Positions 39,305 through 48,848 of a stretch of DNA of 64,000 nt are shown here, piece by piece (within the stretch, counting starts at the first letter, position 1; each line of letters starts with the position of its first letter). The translations under genes were made by a program, and so were the position numbers. The stretch covers positions 96,001 through 160,000 of the forward strand of contig CBDAQI010000013.1 of assembly GCA_965198945.1 (NCBI GenBank). The letters run 5' to 3'. The notes beneath the pieces were generated by a model that worked only from the letters and a program-made list of their open reading frames with translations, searched no databases and was not told where the DNA came from. The DNA comes from Thermodesulfobacteriota bacterium (GTDB lineage: Bacteria > Desulfobacterota_D > UBA1144 > Nemesobacterales > Mycalebacteriaceae).

Positions 39305-40631
39305 GGTTTTTTTTGCGGGGAACGGGGAGTATCTCTTTAATTTCCGCTATTGCTATGGGTGGAAGAGTTTTAAGAAATATCAGAAAAAACATAAAAAACC
39401 AGCCGAAACTTCCCACGGTAAGACCGGCCTCCACCCAGGTAATTTTATAAATTCCCCAGACCGCCGGGTCATAGCCGCGTGAAAGTGAAATGACTATTAT
39501 ATTGAAACGCTCAAACCACATTCCGACATTTATCAGTATTGAAATGATAAAAAGTATTGTCAGGTTGTGGCGGAACCTTTTGAACCAGAGAAGAAGCGGC
39601 ACCACCACGTTGCAGATGACCATTGTCCAGTAAAACGGGGCATATTCTCCCACGGCTCTGTATACAAACTGTTCCCACTCGACCGGAACTCCGCTATACC
39701 ATGCGAACAGAAATTCCACACCGTAGGCGTATCCGATTATCAGAGAGGTGAAAATTATCAATTTCGCCATTCCGTCAAAGTTTTCCATCGTTATGTATTC
39801 CTCAAGATGGAAAATTTTCCGTATAGGTATTGCCAGTGTTATGACCATAGCCAAGCCCGAGAAAATTGCTCCCGCAACAAAATACGGAGCAAATATGGTT
39901 GTATGCCAACCCGGCAGGCTTGCCATGGCAAAATCCCATGAAACAACACTGTGAACGGAAAGAACAAGCGGTGTTGCAAAAGCGGCAAAATATAAGTATG
40001 CCCGTGTGTAGTGAAGCCATTCCCAGTTTGACCCCTTCCAACCCAGAGATAAAAGTGAATACACAAACTTGCGGGTCCTGCCCACAACCTTGTCTCTTAT
40101 TGCGGCAAGATCAGGAATCATTCCCACAAAAAAGAAAATTGAACTGACGGTCAAATATGTGGTGACGGCAAAAACATCCCACAGAAGAGGGGATTTAAAG
40201 TTGACCCAGAGCTCTCTCTGATTAGGGTAAGGAAAAAGCCAATAGAAATTCCATGCTCTTCCGAGATGTATTATGGGAAATAACCCGGCGGTCAAAACGG
40301 CAAAAACAGTCATCGCTTCCGCAAGTCTGTAGATTGACATTCTGAATTTTGCCCTGAAAAGAAAAAGCACGGCGGAAATCAATGTGCCGGAATGAGCTAT
40401 TCCGACCCAGAAAACGAAGTCGGTTATGTATATGCCCCAGAAGACCGGGTGACGAAAACCGGCGACACCAAGCCCCGTATAAACCTGATAGAGAAATGAG
40501 ACCAGGCCGATTCCGACAAAAAAGAGCGATACCCCGAACAGCATTGCCCAGTCTCTTGAAGGTTTTTCAAGAACCCTTACCACATCCGCGGTGACTTTTG
40601 AGTATGTTAGTGTGTTTGATTTGTTTTCCAA
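39285..40631 (-). CDS. actC: Alternative complex III subunit C (NrfD/PsrC family)
   Basis: FVFWVGIAHSGTLISA, RLAEAMTVFA, HLGR, SPLLWDVFAV, SVHSVVSWDFA, GMWFERF. Confidence 0.93.
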   Translation of the reverse strand: MENKSNTLTYSKVTADVVRVLEKPSRDWAMLFGVSLFFVGIGLVSFLYQVYTGLGVAGFRHPVFWGIYITDFVFWVGIAHSGTLISAVLFLFRAKFRMSIYRLAEAMTVFAVLTAGLFPIIHLGRAWNFYWLFPYPNQRELWVNFKSPLLWDVFAVTTYLTVSSIFFFVGMIPDLAAIRDKVVGRTRKFVYSLLSLGWKGSNWEWLHYTRAYLYFAAFATPLVLSVHSVVSWDFAMASLPGWHTTIFAPYFVAGAIFSGLAMVITLAIPIRKIFHLEEYITMENFDGMAKLIIFTSLIIGYAYGVEFLFAWYSGVPVEWEQFVYRAVGEYAPFYWTMVICNVVVPLLLWFKRFRHNLTILFIISILINVGMWFERFNIIVISLSRGYDPAVWGIYKITWVEAGLTVGSFGWFFMFFLIFLKTLPPIAIAEIKEILPVPRKKNHGEENG

Positions 40632-40661
40632 TTTATTTTCAACCCGTCCGGTTTTTCAAAT

Positions 40662-43613
40662 TTATGATTGGGTCACCTTTTTGAGGTATGTAACGGCGGG
40701 TTTTGTATTAACTTCCTCAAAGATTTTGTAACCCCTGTCTTTATTAGACATAACGGAAACTTTGCTCTCGGGATCCAGCAGATTTCCGAATTCTATGGCA
40801 TTTGTTGCACAGGTCTGCTGACATGCCGTCATTATTTCTCCGTCTCTTATATCTCTGTTCTCGTCTTTTGCCATGTTATGAGAGTTTTGTATTCTCTGGA
40901 CGCAGAAACTGCATTTTTCCATAACCCCTTTGGTTCTTACCGTAACGTCGGGATTGAACTGCCAGTTAAGGGGCTCGGGGACTTTGTAAGTATACCAGTT
41001 AAACTTTCTTACTTTGTAGGTGCAGTTGTTTGAGCAGTATCTCGTGCCGACACAGCGGTTGTATATCATTCCGTTTAATCCTTCATAATTATGATAGGTC
41101 GCATAAACCGGACATACGGGCTCGCACGGGGCGTTTCCGCAATGCTGGCAGGGAATTGGAACAAAATGTGCGGTAAGTTCACCATTCGGATTTTTTTCAA
41201 AAAACCTGTCTATTCTCAGCCATGCCATATCCCTTCTGCGCGCAACCTGATCTTTACCGACAAAAGGTATGTTGTTCTCCGCATAGCATGCGGTTATACA
41301 AGCTCCGCAGCCAGTGCATTTAGACAGATCCACGGACATTCCCCATCTGTATTTTTCGTATTTCAGTTCGGGATAAAAATCAGGATGTTCTTCATGATGA
41401 TGTTCACCGTGTCCGCCTTTGTGTCCGAGATCTTTTATATCAACGGTTCGCGCCACTTCCCTTCCCTTTTGAGACTTGGTGTATTGTGTGCGAACTAGCA
41501 GACCGTCTCTGCCGGTTGGGGTTATTTTAACTTTTGTTGAAAACCAGGCGTAACCTCCTGATAAAGCGTCCAGAGAGGAAGACATTATCCGCATGGGATT
41601 TACACCCCTGCCTTTGGCATACCTGCCGTAGCTTTCATGGCCGAGACCAACCGGAACTGCGACTGTTTGCGGCTCTATGCCTTCACTGATAAAAACCTGT
41701 GTTTCAACGGAGCCGAAAGGAGATTCAATTTGTATGAAAGAGCCGTCGCGGAGATCCATTGTTTTTGCGGTTTCAGGGTTGATTTCCGCCCACGAATCCC
41801 AGACAACCGATGTCAGAGAGTCCGGGAGCTCCTGAAGCCAGGGCTTGTTGGCTCCTCTGCCGTCATATAATTTAGCCGTCGGAAAAGCCATCAAATACAT
41901 TTTCCCGTCACCTTCAAAATCATTTTCCCTCTCTGAAAAAGAGAACAGTCTCACTCTTCCCGAAAGTGAAACCTGAACATCTTCCACCGGAAGAGTAACT
42001 CCCCCCCTTTTCAGCGTCGCGCTCCAGAACTGTTCAAAAGGTTCCTCCGGAGAAAGGCTTTCCGCAATTTTTTTCCAGTAATCTCTCATGAAAGAATAGT
42101 AGTCTGGAACCGTAAAAAGAGATTTTGTCGCTTCGGTTTGTGCGCTTACTGAAATGAAAACATCGGCCGTCAGTTTGGTATTGAAAACCCTTGATACCGC
42201 AGGTTGCGTTATTCCGTGAAATTTTTTCCTCCCCCTGAAGTCTCCCCAGCTTTCAAGAGTATGATTGTCGGGAAGGATCAACGAACACAACTCGGCCGTT
42301 TCATCCATAAAAGGCGAAAAGCTAACCGTGAAAGGGACTTTTTTCATAGCATTTTCAAATCCCGCCGATTTTGGAAGAACAAACACCGGGTTTATTCCTC
42401 TTACAAGCAGAATATCAACCGCCCCGTCTTCCATATCTTTTATGAGGGAAAGAATACTTTTATAGGAGTCAGACTCGGAAATGGCGAGCGTATCTGAGAA
42501 ATCCGCCATTTCTTCCAGATTTCCTGATAGGTAGTTGATTATGTTTACAGCCACAAGCAGTTCGGTTGCGTTTGAAGAGGTAACCGCGGACCCGCCTCCG
42601 ATTGCAAGACTCTTTTTTGAGAGCATCTCTTCAGCTATTTCATTTATGGTTTTGACGGGAACGGATGTTTTTTCAGAGACATACCCGGGCGTATAATTGC
42701 TCACAAGTGATAACAGATAGTTTTCCGGAGCCTGTATTTTCCCGGCCATTACGTTTGCTATTCCGAGAGCCAGATAAATTTCCGTTCCGGGTTTGATCTG
42801 AATCATACGGTCGGCATTGGCGCCGGTCATTGACATTCTGGGTTCAATTTGAACCACTTTGCCCATTTTCCCTTCTTTGAGCGATCTTAATTCTCCAAAA
42901 CCCTTTGCGTTGGACACGGGAGAAAGCCATGTTTCAAGAAAATCCGCACCGAAAGAAAGCAGGTATTCAGCTTTTTCTATGTTGTAGGATGGTATTGAGT
43001 TCAATCCGAAAACAATTTCGTTCGCTTTTTTGATGGGTTCGTGAGAGAAAACATCATATAGATAGCGTTTTGCTCCGACCGTATCGGTCCAGGTTTGAAG
43101 CAGTTCTCCGTAAGAGCCGTTCAAGACTCCGTCAAGGTAAACTATGCGATCTCCCCTTCCTTGCGCCACAAGCTCTTGAATTTTATCGGAGAGCATTTTT
43201 TCACCATCTCTCCATGTGGTTGCGCGGAATTTCCCGTTTTCTTTTTTCAGGAGAGGAGACTTGATTCTGTCCGGATTATAAAGTCCTTCAAGAGATGCCT
43301 GCCCCGAAGCGCACAGAGCTCCCCCGTTTATGGGATTCTCCGGGTTGCCTTCAATTTTAATTGCGCGCCCTTCCCTGGTTTTAACGACAATTCCGCATCC
43401 CGAGGGACACTCAAGGCAGGTGCTTGAATAATAGTCCGGCACTCCGGGAATCGTGTTTTCCGGCGGAATTACATATGGAATAATCTGTTCAACAGGCTCT
43501 GAAGAACATCCGCCGGAAGCTACGGCGGCACCACCGGTCAAGCCCATAACTTTAAGAAAATCGCGTCTGCTTATTTCCGGATTGCTATCTTTATTTTTTA
43601 TCTTTTCAGACAA
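40662..43613 (-). CDS. actB: Alternative complex III subunit B (molybdopterin-oxidoreductase fold plus Fe-S domain)
   Basis: Tat motif SRRDFLK followed by GGCSS; GRAIKIEGNP; NKPWLQELPD; CTGCGAC..AC..ENN, CQHCGNAPCEPVCP, RCVGTRYCSNNC, MEKCSFCVQRI. Confidence 0.93.
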   Translation of the reverse strand: MSEKIKNKDSNPEISRRDFLKVMGLTGGAAVASGGCSSEPVEQIIPYVIPPENTIPGVPDYYSSTCLECPSGCGIVVKTREGRAIKIEGNPENPINGGALCASGQASLEGLYNPDRIKSPLLKKENGKFRATTWRDGEKMLSDKIQELVAQGRGDRIVYLDGVLNGSYGELLQTWTDTVGAKRYLYDVFSHEPIKKANEIVFGLNSIPSYNIEKAEYLLSFGADFLETWLSPVSNAKGFGELRSLKEGKMGKVVQIEPRMSMTGANADRMIQIKPGTEIYLALGIANVMAGKIQAPENYLLSLVSNYTPGYVSEKTSVPVKTINEIAEEMLSKKSLAIGGGSAVTSSNATELLVAVNIINYLSGNLEEMADFSDTLAISESDSYKSILSLIKDMEDGAVDILLVRGINPVFVLPKSAGFENAMKKVPFTVSFSPFMDETAELCSLILPDNHTLESWGDFRGRKKFHGITQPAVSRVFNTKLTADVFISVSAQTEATKSLFTVPDYYSFMRDYWKKIAESLSPEEPFEQFWSATLKRGGVTLPVEDVQVSLSGRVRLFSFSERENDFEGDGKMYLMAFPTAKLYDGRGANKPWLQELPDSLTSVVWDSWAEINPETAKTMDLRDGSFIQIESPFGSVETQVFISEGIEPQTVAVPVGLGHESYGRYAKGRGVNPMRIMSSSLDALSGGYAWFSTKVKITPTGRDGLLVRTQYTKSQKGREVARTVDIKDLGHKGGHGEHHHEEHPDFYPELKYEKYRWGMSVDLSKCTGCGACITACYAENNIPFVGKDQVARRRDMAWLRIDRFFEKNPNGELTAHFVPIPCQHCGNAPCEPVCPVYATYHNYEGLNGMIYNRCVGTRYCSNNCTYKVRKFNWYTYKVPEPLNWQFNPDVTVRTKGVMEKCSFCVQRIQNSHNMAKDENRDIRDGEIMTACQQTCATNAIEFGNLLDPESKVSVMSNKDRGYKIFEEVNTKPAVTYLKKVTQS

Positions 43614-43634
43614 ATTTTCCTCCGATTTCCATTA

Positions 43635-44210
43635 TTAGTAGTGGCAGGTCAGACAGTCCATCAGCCTCTGGCTTTGATGCTTGTCCGCCTCTTCTGCCCT
43701 TTCTTTGTGGCAACTTATGCAAAACCCCATATTAAGTCTTTCAGCTTTCCTCACAACATCCATTTTTTCAACTTCGCCATGGCAGGTTTTGCATTCAATA
43801 CCCTGTTTGATATGGCGTTTGTGGTTGAACTGCACATGGTCCGCCATCGGAGAAACCTTAACCCATGGTATCGGCTCTTTTCTTTCCCAGTATTGCCTTA
43901 CTTTGGCTATTTCGCTGCGCAGATTGATAACGGTTCCGTCATCAGCCTTATATTCAATATCTCTTCCCTGAATATGGGTATGACATCCCATACATTTCTG
44001 AACGGAAGGAATGCCCGGACTGGTTGAGACGTCAACATAGCTGTGGCAAGTCCTGCACTCTATCTGATTTTCTCCGACGTGTATTTTGTGACTGAAAAGA
44101 ATTGGCTGTTTAGGCCCCTTTTCCGCAATACTTTCTTTCAAAAAAACTGTTAGTGAAAGCCCGCAGATTACAGCAGAAAACAAAAAGACCTTTTCCAGAT
44201 TCAGTTTCAT
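43635..44210 (-). CDS. actA: Alternative complex III subunit A (pentaheme cytochrome c)
   Basis: QPILFSHKIH and five CxxCH motifs (CRTCH, CMGCH, CKTCH, CISCH, CLTCH). Confidence 0.92.
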   Translation of the reverse strand: MKLNLEKVFLFSAVICGLSLTVFLKESIAEKGPKQPILFSHKIHVGENQIECRTCHSYVDVSTSPGIPSVQKCMGCHTHIQGRDIEYKADDGTVINLRSEIAKVRQYWERKEPIPWVKVSPMADHVQFNHKRHIKQGIECKTCHGEVEKMDVVRKAERLNMGFCISCHKERAEEADKHQSQRLMDCLTCHY

Positions 44211-44299
44211 CTAAGGGTGAAAGTCGCGATATTGCTCTCGCGCTTAATGCTCGGAATTGTAATCCTTAGGCAGGTAAATTAACACAACTGAACGACCTG

Positions 44300-45076
44300 T
44301 CAAATGGAAGTTTTTTTGCGGCCGCCGGGCATTTCTTTTTCATCAAGCAACCCTGACAAATCCGATGTGAAAAATAAGCGGCAGTCTTTTTTGTCCAGTT
44401 CACCTGTTTTTCCCGATTCAACATCCAGCCCCGGGAAAAAAGGTATGATTCCAACAATCTTTTCTGTAAGCTGCCCCGCGCTGTTCAAAAAAAGGAGGTT
44501 TCTCTGCTCGCACATCTTCTCTTCCCGGGGATATCCGCATATCACCACCCCGGCAATTTCAAGCTTTCTCGCCCTTGCCGCTTCAACCGTCAGAAGTGTG
44601 TGGTTTAGTGTCCCAAGACCGGCCCTTGCGACTATAATAGTTTTGAACCCAAGGTCCAGAGCAAAATCTGCCATGAAGTAGTTCTTCTCTATTGGAACAA
44701 GCAGGCCGCCCGCACCTTCAACAATCACCGCATCGTGAGTTGCCGCTTCTGATTCAACGATCTTTAGAATCTTTTCTATGCTAAACTCGGAATTCTCAAT
44801 TTCAGCCGCGAACATGGGCGCCAGAGGCTCTTTCAAACGATAGGGACTTGATACTTCGGGCTTGAAGTTTTTCTTTGTGACACGGTGAACAAAGTCCGCA
44901 TCTGAAACAATATCTCCCGAACAACCGGTCTGGAAAGGTTTGATCATTGAGACCGTTCCGCCGGTTTGCATGAGGCAGCGTGCAAGCGCGGCGCTGGCAA
45001 CGGTTTTCCCCGCGCCGGTGTCTGTTCCGGTAATAAAAAAAAGTGATTTTGCCTTTTCTGAGTTTTGTTCGGACAA
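44300..45076 (-). CDS. bioD: Dethiobiotin synthase
   Basis: FITGTDTGAGKT, KPFQTG, VEGAGGLLVP, GLGTLNHTLL. Confidence 0.95.
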   Translation of the reverse strand: MSEQNSEKAKSLFFITGTDTGAGKTVASAALARCLMQTGGTVSMIKPFQTGCSGDIVSDADFVHRVTKKNFKPEVSSPYRLKEPLAPMFAAEIENSEFSIEKILKIVESEAATHDAVIVEGAGGLLVPIEKNYFMADFALDLGFKTIIVARAGLGTLNHTLLTVEAARARKLEIAGVVICGYPREEKMCEQRNLLFLNSAGQLTEKIVGIIPFFPGLDVESGKTGELDKKDCRLFFTSDLSGLLDEKEMPGGRKKTSI

Positions 45077-45080
45077 ATAA

Positions 45081-45539
45081 TTAAAGGGAAAGCTCTTCTA
45101 TTTTTTTCAGTATTTCATCACCGTGTGAATGAGTGTCAACCTTATTCCAGATGTGTCTTATATTTCCATCGGAATCCACAAGAAATGTAACACGCCGCGC
45201 CGTGCCCGCGGGGCTAACGACACCGTATAAATTGATGATTTTTCCGTCATTGTCACTGACGAGAGGATAATTGAGATTTTGTTTGTCTCTGAACCCTTCG
45301 TGAGACTTTACGCTGTCAGTGCTTACCCCTATAACGCTCAAACCCCTTTCCCTTATCATACTTTCATTGTCTCTTATTGAGCAGGCTTCCCTTGTGCAGC
45401 CGGGTGTGTTATTTCTCGGATAAAAACATATCGCCACTCCGCCTGCGGCGATGATTTCCGAAAGGCTGATTGTTTCCCCGCCATATATTTCAGCTTCAAA
45501 AAGTGGCGCCTTATCTCCGACTTTTAGTTTTTTGCTCAT
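45081..45539 (-). CDS. bcp: Peroxiredoxin, BCP/PrxQ type
   Basis: FYPRNNTPGCTREAC, GVSTD, RVTFLVD. Confidence 0.92.
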   Translation of the reverse strand: MSKKLKVGDKAPLFEAEIYGGETISLSEIIAAGGVAICFYPRNNTPGCTREACSIRDNESMIRERGLSVIGVSTDSVKSHEGFRDKQNLNYPLVSDNDGKIINLYGVVSPAGTARRVTFLVDSDGNIRHIWNKVDTHSHGDEILKKIEELSL

Positions 45540-45555
45540 AGACTCCTCACCTTCC

Positions 45556-45888
45556 CTATATGTTAAAACTTTCCCTGGCGGCTTCACTCATCATTTCCGG
45601 ACTCCATGGGGGGTCCCAGACGACTTCCACATCGGCTTTCTCCACGCCTTCAATCTCCGCCGTAAGCATTTTGGCCTCAGCAACTATCTGCCCCGCAGCC
45701 GGGCATCCGGGAGAAGTCATTGTCATCAGGATTTTTACCTCGCCTCCATTGATCTCAACTTTGTATACAAGCCCCAGGTTTACAATGTCAACCGGGATTT
45801 CCGGGTCGTATATGTTCCCAAGAATTTCAAACACCTTCTGTTCCGTAACGGCTGCTTCCGTTGATTCTTTTTCTTCTTTTTCGGCCAT
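45556..45888 (-). CDS. Metal-sulfur cluster assembly factor (DUF59/SufT-like)
   Basis: DPEIPVDIVNLGLVY, TMTSPGCP, VWDPPW..MSE. Confidence 0.92.
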   Translation of the reverse strand: MAEKEEKESTEAAVTEQKVFEILGNIYDPEIPVDIVNLGLVYKVEINGGEVKILMTMTSPGCPAAGQIVAEAKMLTAEIEGVEKADVEVVWDPPWSPEMMSEAARESFNI

Positions 45889-45898
45889 TTTTTCTTTT

Positions 45899-46408
45899 CT
45901 ATGAAGAAAGCGACTTGACAGTTTTAAGAACTTTCTCGTAGTCCGGGTGCTCGGCAATCTCTTTTACATATTCCGCGTAACGGACAACATCGTTTTCGTC
46001 AACAACAAATACCGCCCTTGCAAGAAGGCGGTTTTCTTTTATGAGAACCCCGTAGGATTTTCCAAAAGAAGCTTCCTGATGGTCGCTCAAATGCGATATG
46101 CCTTTAATCCCGGCTTCTTTCATATGGCGGGTCTGCGCAAACGGAAGATCCATACTGACCGTAACAACTTCAACATTCTCCGGAAGAGTTTTCACTTCTT
46201 CAGAGAAACGTTTTGTCTGAATGTCGCAGACGGGTGTGTCTACGGAAACAACCACGTTGAATATTTTCACCTTACCCGAAAAGTCTCCGAGTGACTTCCT
46301 GACTCCGGGACCCGCAAAAGACATAAACTCCGGGGCTTTGTCCCCGACTTTAACTTCTTCTCCGACAAGGGTCAGAGGATTTCCCTTCATTGTTATATTT
46401 CTTGACAT
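45899..46408 (-). CDS. tpx: Thiol peroxidase
   Basis: ITMKGNPLTL, SVDTPVCDIQTKRF, SMDLPFAQ, LLARAVFV. Confidence 0.92.
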   Translation of the reverse strand: MSRNITMKGNPLTLVGEEVKVGDKAPEFMSFAGPGVRKSLGDFSGKVKIFNVVVSVDTPVCDIQTKRFSEEVKTLPENVEVVTVSMDLPFAQTRHMKEAGIKGISHLSDHQEASFGKSYGVLIKENRLLARAVFVVDENDVVRYAEYVKEIAEHPDYEKVLKTVKSLSS

Positions 46409-46493
46409 TGCGATTCCTTATTGAGCATAATGCATTTTCATACATTTTACAGGAGAATCTCCTTCATTCAATTATAAAATCCCAACAGTCTTT

Positions 46494-47261
46494 ATGATTA
46501 ACAAAATTGCAGTTTTAACTTTCTCTGTTTTCATGATTCTGCTTGCGCCTGAGAGCTCGCATTCGTCCGGAAAAGCGGATGAAATCATGCGTCAGGTTTA
46601 TGAGCAGAGCCGTGTTCATAAAAGTCAGAGAATGGACATAGAGATGGATATTAAGGATCCAAAGGGGCGAAAGCGCGCCCGTTTTTTCAGGGTGCTTTAC
46701 AAAATTGATGACGGCAAAACAAAAAGCCTGATGCGTTTTTACAAACCGACTGACATAAAGGGAACCGGTTTGTTCAATGTAATTTATGACCACGAAGACA
46801 AAGAGAGCGACCAATGGATATATTTTCCAGCTTTCAGAACCGTGAAAAAACTAAGTGTTGAAGAAAAACATCAGAGTTTCATGGGGTCGGATTTTACCAA
46901 CTCAGACATTGCTGGAAGAAAACCAAGTGAAGACACTCACACGCTTGTGGAACCCGGTGAAGAAATTTCCGTTGTTTCAAGCGTTCCAAAGGATCCCGAA
47001 GAACCGTATTCAAAAATTGAGAGTCACATACTCAACAGAATAAAAGTTCCTGAAAAAGTTCTTTTCTATGACCGTTCCGGCAGACTGCTTAAAAGTCTGA
47101 ACAGTAAAAAGATTGTAAAAATTGAAGGAATGTATGTTATCGTAGAGGCGGAAATGGAAAACCATCTGTCCGGCGGTTCCACATACATAATGAAAAGATC
47201 AATTGACTTCAAAAAAATCAAATCCGGTGATGTCACCGTTTCCAAACTTCAAAACAGGTAG
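46494..47261 (+). CDS. Outer-membrane lipoprotein-sorting (LolA-like) periplasmic protein
   Basis: Signal peptide; RFYKPTDIKGTG, DQWIYFPAFRTVKK, SFMGSDFT..D, FYDRSGRLLK. Confidence 0.85.
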   Translation: MINKIAVLTFSVFMILLAPESSHSSGKADEIMRQVYEQSRVHKSQRMDIEMDIKDPKGRKRARFFRVLYKIDDGKTKSLMRFYKPTDIKGTGLFNVIYDHEDKESDQWIYFPAFRTVKKLSVEEKHQSFMGSDFTNSDIAGRKPSEDTHTLVEPGEEISVVSSVPKDPEEPYSKIESHILNRIKVPEKVLFYDRSGRLLKSLNSKKIVKIEGMYVIVEAEMENHLSGGSTYIMKRSIDFKKIKSGDVTVSKLQNR

Positions 47262-47270
47262 GCCAATCAA

Positions 47271-48847
47271 ATGAAAAAACAGGTTTTCTCCCGCATTAAG
47301 TTAAGCGTTTTGATGTTTTGCTCTTTTTTATTTTTGACCGCGGGTTTTTCAACCGCACAGGAAAAAGACGGCTCCAGTCTTATAATTGAAAAAGACGGAT
47401 ATGAACAGGAAAAGAGAGGCGTTCTTGAAAGCGTCAGAGAGTATGTATTTTTGAATTTCGGGGCCCTGACCACTCCCCTCAGGCAGAACAAAAGATATCT
47501 GATACTGGGGAGCGGCGGAATTGATTTCTCAACCGATAAATTTCAGGCATATGCCGAGGGCACTGTCTGGAAAGAGCAGGTTCAGTTCAGGCAGGAAAGG
47601 GTCGGCGCATGCGGCGGCGGTTCGCCGTCCTGTCCTCAGACAAGAGACATTAAAGTTAAAAATGATGAGGCGGAAGTTTCCGAAGCATATGTCTCTTTTT
47701 CTCCCATTCCGCAGTTCAATGTGAAAGTTGGAAGGCGGAAAGTTATCTGGGGGCAGTTTGATGTGTTTTCACCGGTGTTTTTCACTCTTCCCGTCACCAC
47801 CCAGAACGTATCCACCAACTTTTCAAAAGTGAATTACGCGCTTGCTCAAGACAATGTGCAAGTGTCTCTTATCCCTCATGAGCGTATTGAACTTCAAGGC
47901 TACTTTTTTTGAACACCATCATCAATCCTCTGGTTGCGGACTATGCGAGACAAGAGTTCAATATCAGAAGAAAAGACCTGCAGAATCACAATCAATATGC
48001 GGGGCGCGTTATCTTTTATCCGGATTGGGCGACTATCGCCCTTACATACTACAATGGAAGAAACAGTTTTTTCATCAGCGATCTTGAAACTTTGGTGAGA
48101 GAAAACGGAGCATACACCGGAGCAAGCCGTCATAATGCCGGACTTGCGGAACTGAAATCTTATTCAATTGAAGCTTCAGTGCCGAGAGGGAGGTGGAATT
48201 TTATAGCCGAACTTTCCTAAAGAGAAAGCAAAGAGGATTTTGATTCCAGATTTAGTGGGGGCGAGGTTGGCGATGCGGATTTCATTACGACACAGCCGGC
48301 GACAGATGACACTCCCACACAGGCTTTTTTCAGATGGGTTTCACAAAATAACGGAGGCAGGCTTTACGGCGAGTCCGAGGCTTTCTTCGGCGGTCTCGGA
48401 TTCAATTACAACGCCGAAAAATGGATGCTTGAACTTCCCGGCTATTTTTTTGACGAGAATTACAAGGGAAGCGCTAAAACGGGCGCCAGACTGTCAAAAG
48501 CATATGACAAAGGTTCCGCAGACATAATTGATGAAGGGCTTTTAGCCGCTCCGTTTCTCAATGCCGCTTATTTCGTAACCGATGACAAAAAGAATTTTGT
48601 GGGACTCACCGCCGGATTCCTTGGCTCCATAGCCGCCGGAGTAAGCCTTTATGGCGTTGCCACGATTGACAGATTTGACTATCTCGGAGCCGGAACTCTG
48701 CAGCTGGTTGCCGGGTTGGATTTCCTTACTTATTTTGCTGACAGTGAACTCAGCGAGTTGAATGAAATAACTGAAGACGGAACGAGATATGACCTTGATG
48801 ATGGCTTGGATATATCTCCGCGTTTTGGAATTATATGGAGATTCTAA
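47271..48847 (+). pseudogene. Probable outer-membrane beta-barrel (DUF1302-like), with a frameshift (T7 at 47904-47910) and an in-frame TAA (48218-48220)
   Basis: Signal peptide; EAYV..KVGRRKVIWGQFD; amphipathic strands; C-terminal Phe (GIIWRF). ORFs 47909 and 48425 share a frame, interrupted only by one TAA. Confidence 0.65.
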
Positions 48848-48848
48848 T

